A stretch of 64,000 bases of DNA, taken from contig JAYWIR010000038.1 of assembly GCA_036172245.1 (NCBI GenBank), positions 1,116,001-1,180,000 on the forward strand, in the 5' to 3' direction. The stretch comes from Raillietiella orientalis (taxonomy: Eukaryota). Made by a program: the position numbers and the translations under genes. Positions 62,501 through 64,000 of the stretch are shown here, one piece after another (position 1 is the first letter of the stretch; every line of letters starts with the position of its first letter). The notes beneath the pieces were generated by a model. The model was not told where the DNA came from and did no database searches. It saw nothing but the letters and a program-made list of their open reading frames with translations.

Positions 62501-63342
62501 GTGGCACGTCGCGGCCAGACGGCATGGTGAGCGGTAGGACGGACGTGCATCGGAGACGTTTTGAAAGGCCTCGCCCCCAACGACCGACGAAAACGACGCA
62601 AGCGGGACACCGCTGGCTCCGTCATCCGTTCGCGTCTCAAGGAGCTCCGCAAGGTCACTGCAGACCGGCACGCGCCGCCGACTTCCACAGAGGTCGCCGC
62701 CCCACAAAGGGTGGGGGAGATGCATAGATGTTCTCCCTCCACGCTGGGTGGGGACGCGCGAGATACGCACACGGAAGCGGGTTCCAGAGCACTCGCACTG
62801 CCCTTTGCCTCGGCCCCCGCTGAGCCAGCCGAAGGGGACGGCGTAGCCCCTTCGGCTGGTGAGCGAGCGACCGGAGAAGGGGCGCCAGCGGATCTCTGGA
62901 GGGAAGGAAAGGGGCGGACTTGCCTCCAGAGTCGCTCCAGTGGAAGTTGGGGTCCAGACCCTTGCTGCACATCTTCGTGATCTTGTCGGGCAGGCCGGAG
63001 TTGACGAACTCCATGAACCGCTTGATGTTGGCGCGGGAGTGGATGTTCTTGATCTGCTTGGCGTCCAGGTTGAGCAACTTGTACACCCGCCGCTTGTACT
63101 TGAGCTGCGCAAGGGGAAGAAGGGGACGTTGAGAGGAACAATCAAAAGGGTAGCAGGGGGATGGGAGAGAGCCATGCGGGCAGAGACCGTGGAGGACACA
63201 GGGGAGAGGGTCTTACCTCGAGGTAGCCGACGGGCTCCGGGAATGGATAGTCGCTGAGGGGCCGCTCCTCGTCCAGGAACTTCCCGGCCTTCCCGTTGCA
63301 AGGAGGGTAGTAGAGCCCGTAGTTGAAGCTCTCGTGGAGTTC
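45183..63342 (-). CDS. SHANK: SH3 and multiple ankyrin repeat domains protein (SHANK/ProSAP); ~1423 aa in window, N-terminus beyond the right edge
   Basis: Exons 63342-63217, 63104-62924, 51423-51104, 49052-48791, 48635-47656 and 47585-45183 join in frame. They encode the SPN/FERM-like domain (NYGLY.PP.NGKAGKFLDEERPL.DYP), ankyrin repeats (GLDPNFH, LGASPNYRDSRGLTPLYY, NASGNTPLHVCA), SH3 (GRTGLFP..CVREV), PDZ (KGFGFVLRGAK...FQYLEDVDPGGVAEMAGLRKGDFLL), and a Pro-rich tail (PAPLPPKRDPRTTLS, APPPEF). Confidence 0.95.
47656..48635 (-). CDS. SHANK: SHANK exon (linker, SH3, N-terminal half of PDZ)
   Basis: VPFRSPPKYNPRRR...SH3...GFGFVLRGAK...GDFLLA; open over 980 nt; gtgagc donor. Confidence 0.92.
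48791..49052 (-). CDS. SHANK: SHANK exon (ankyrin repeats)
   Basis: ACRNALVHHLEHLLYYGADMNARNASGNTPLHVCAVNNQ; gtgagt donor. Confidence 0.95.
49300..50700 (-). mobile_element. LINE 3' fragment (LCPGC zinc-finger remnant) in a SHANK intron; direct repeat of ~52111-53000
   Basis: Visible nucleotide similarity between 49613-50020 and 52111-52570; both translate to ASLCPGCP on the minus strand. Confidence 0.55.
51104..51423 (-). CDS. SHANK: SHANK exon (ankyrin repeats)
   Basis: ccttccag acceptor; ETPLS...NGGALLDYR...GWQEVHQ; gtgaaa donor. Confidence 0.95.
51800..54350 (-). mobile_element. Decayed LINE RT plus 3' part in the SHANK GC-AG intron
   Basis: INFPDASARRMPH ~54200 (~DFxKAFDRVxH), ERGLSVLGSCP ~54045 (~RGVRQGCP), FSRDDITL ~53925 (~YADDITL), LCPGC ~52430. 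Confidence 0.6.
55484..55948. repeat. ~54-bp direct repeat pair (55484-55537 and 55896-55948)
   Basis: ccgcttgccttcccgct(a/c)aggtagccagggaga...gtatcctgcctgggaa present twice with few differences. Confidence 0.9.
56000..59050 (+). mobile_element. Decayed LINE RT plus 3' part in a SHANK intron
   Basis: LKTMAPTTCRMLSDF ~56880 (~WRPIxLLNxDY), GGIR*WMGCFL ~57296 (~GxRQGCPL), LVREFAEEQAAGELSLRN ~57525, GVLNKRLQR ~58632. Confidence 0.4.
59900..60700 (-). mobile_element. Possible decayed retrotransposon RT fragment
   Basis: FSGADYNLRR...LLSVDAKPLF (~GRxxxDNxRR...LSLDAEKAF). Confidence 0.3.
62924..63104 (-). CDS. SHANK: SHANK exon (SPN-ANK junction), ending at a GC donor
   Basis: LKYKRRVYKLLNLDAKQIK...GLDPNFHWSDSG; donor AG|GCAAGT; phase 1 matches the next exon. 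Confidence 0.93.
63217..63342 (-). CDS. SHANK: SHANK exon (SPN domain)
   Basis: tcttgcag acceptor; ELHESFNYGLYYPPCNGKAGKFLDEERPLSDYPFPEPVGYLE; gtaaga donor. Confidence 0.95.
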
Positions 63343-64000
63343 CTGCAAGAGAAGAGCAGGAGATCAGGGGAGGGAGGAGAGAGGTGCAGGCCGCTGGATC
63401 CCTAGCGGACTCTGGAAGCTGCTGACTCCCCCGGAGGCTCAAGGGGTCTCTCCTTCCTCCGACGGGCAGGGCTCCAAAAGAGGGTTTCGACCGCTGACCC
63501 TCCTCCTGTCCCTTGGCGTGCCTGCGGAGAGCCCGCCGTCGAGGGATAGGTCGCCCGCAGGCTCGCAAGGAGGGTCGTGGGCTGCCCTCCCCTCTTCCGC
63601 ATGCCGGGGGGCCAGTGGCGTCCTATCCCTAGAGTTCCCTCCGGGACGCTGAAGGCGGCGGTCTCGAGACGCGCTCCGCGTCATCAACGGCAAACCGAAG
63701 GGGGTCGGGAAGAGCCGAGGGAGACCGCATCGTCCCCGTGGGCCTAGTGCCGCAGGGGATGGAGGAGCGCGCGCTGATCCTCAATGCCTCCGCAGGACGC
63801 CGGCATGGCCGCACTTGCAGGGGCGGATGGGGTCGCGCGTGCACCTCCGCCTTGCTCTCCTACCCGTCGTTACGTAGTAGCAGGGAGGAGCACTTTGCGG
63901 GCTCGGGACGGCGGACTCCGGGAGCCGAGTTCGCCCCAAGGGTCCTTGTACGAATCGCCGCCGCCGTTTCATCAGCGAGACGATGAGGTCATCATCGTCA

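Noticed and set aside
1..64000. tRNA, rRNA or snRNA genes; prokaryotic or viral operon-like system
   Set aside because: No cloverleaf or rRNA-like conserved segments recognised. All credible genes are intron-containing metazoan genes, with no intact transposase, integrase or viral ORF.

Overview
Eukaryotic genomic DNA from an invertebrate animal, probably an arthropod; the species cannot be determined from the sequence. Four protein-coding genes can be reconstructed with frame-consistent splice sites. (1) The 5' part of an MRP1/ABCC-type transporter (- strand, 9 exons, ATG at 10849, running off the left edge). (2) A complete 301-aa NADH-cytochrome b5 reductase (+ strand) with 39- and 43-nt introns. 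(3) A ~297-aa RAD51AP1-like gene (+ strand) with 47- and 38-nt introns. (4) Most of a SHANK/ProSAP scaffold gene (- strand, 6 exons, entering from the right edge) with an 11.5-kb GC-AG intron and no visible SAM domain. Most other sequence consists of about 14 heavily decayed non-LTR retrotransposon relics (APE endonuclease, RT, CCHC finger) in both orientations, one decayed piggyBac-like transposase, microsatellites and homopolymer runs. I see no convincing new multi-gene system. The best leads are the invertebrate RAD51AP1-like gene, the ultra-short introns and two-class gene architecture, the apparently SAM-less SHANK, and a perfect twin hairpin with mutually complementary cores at 13.5 kb. 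All homology calls are by eye against recalled family motifs, not database searches, and TE boundaries are approximate.
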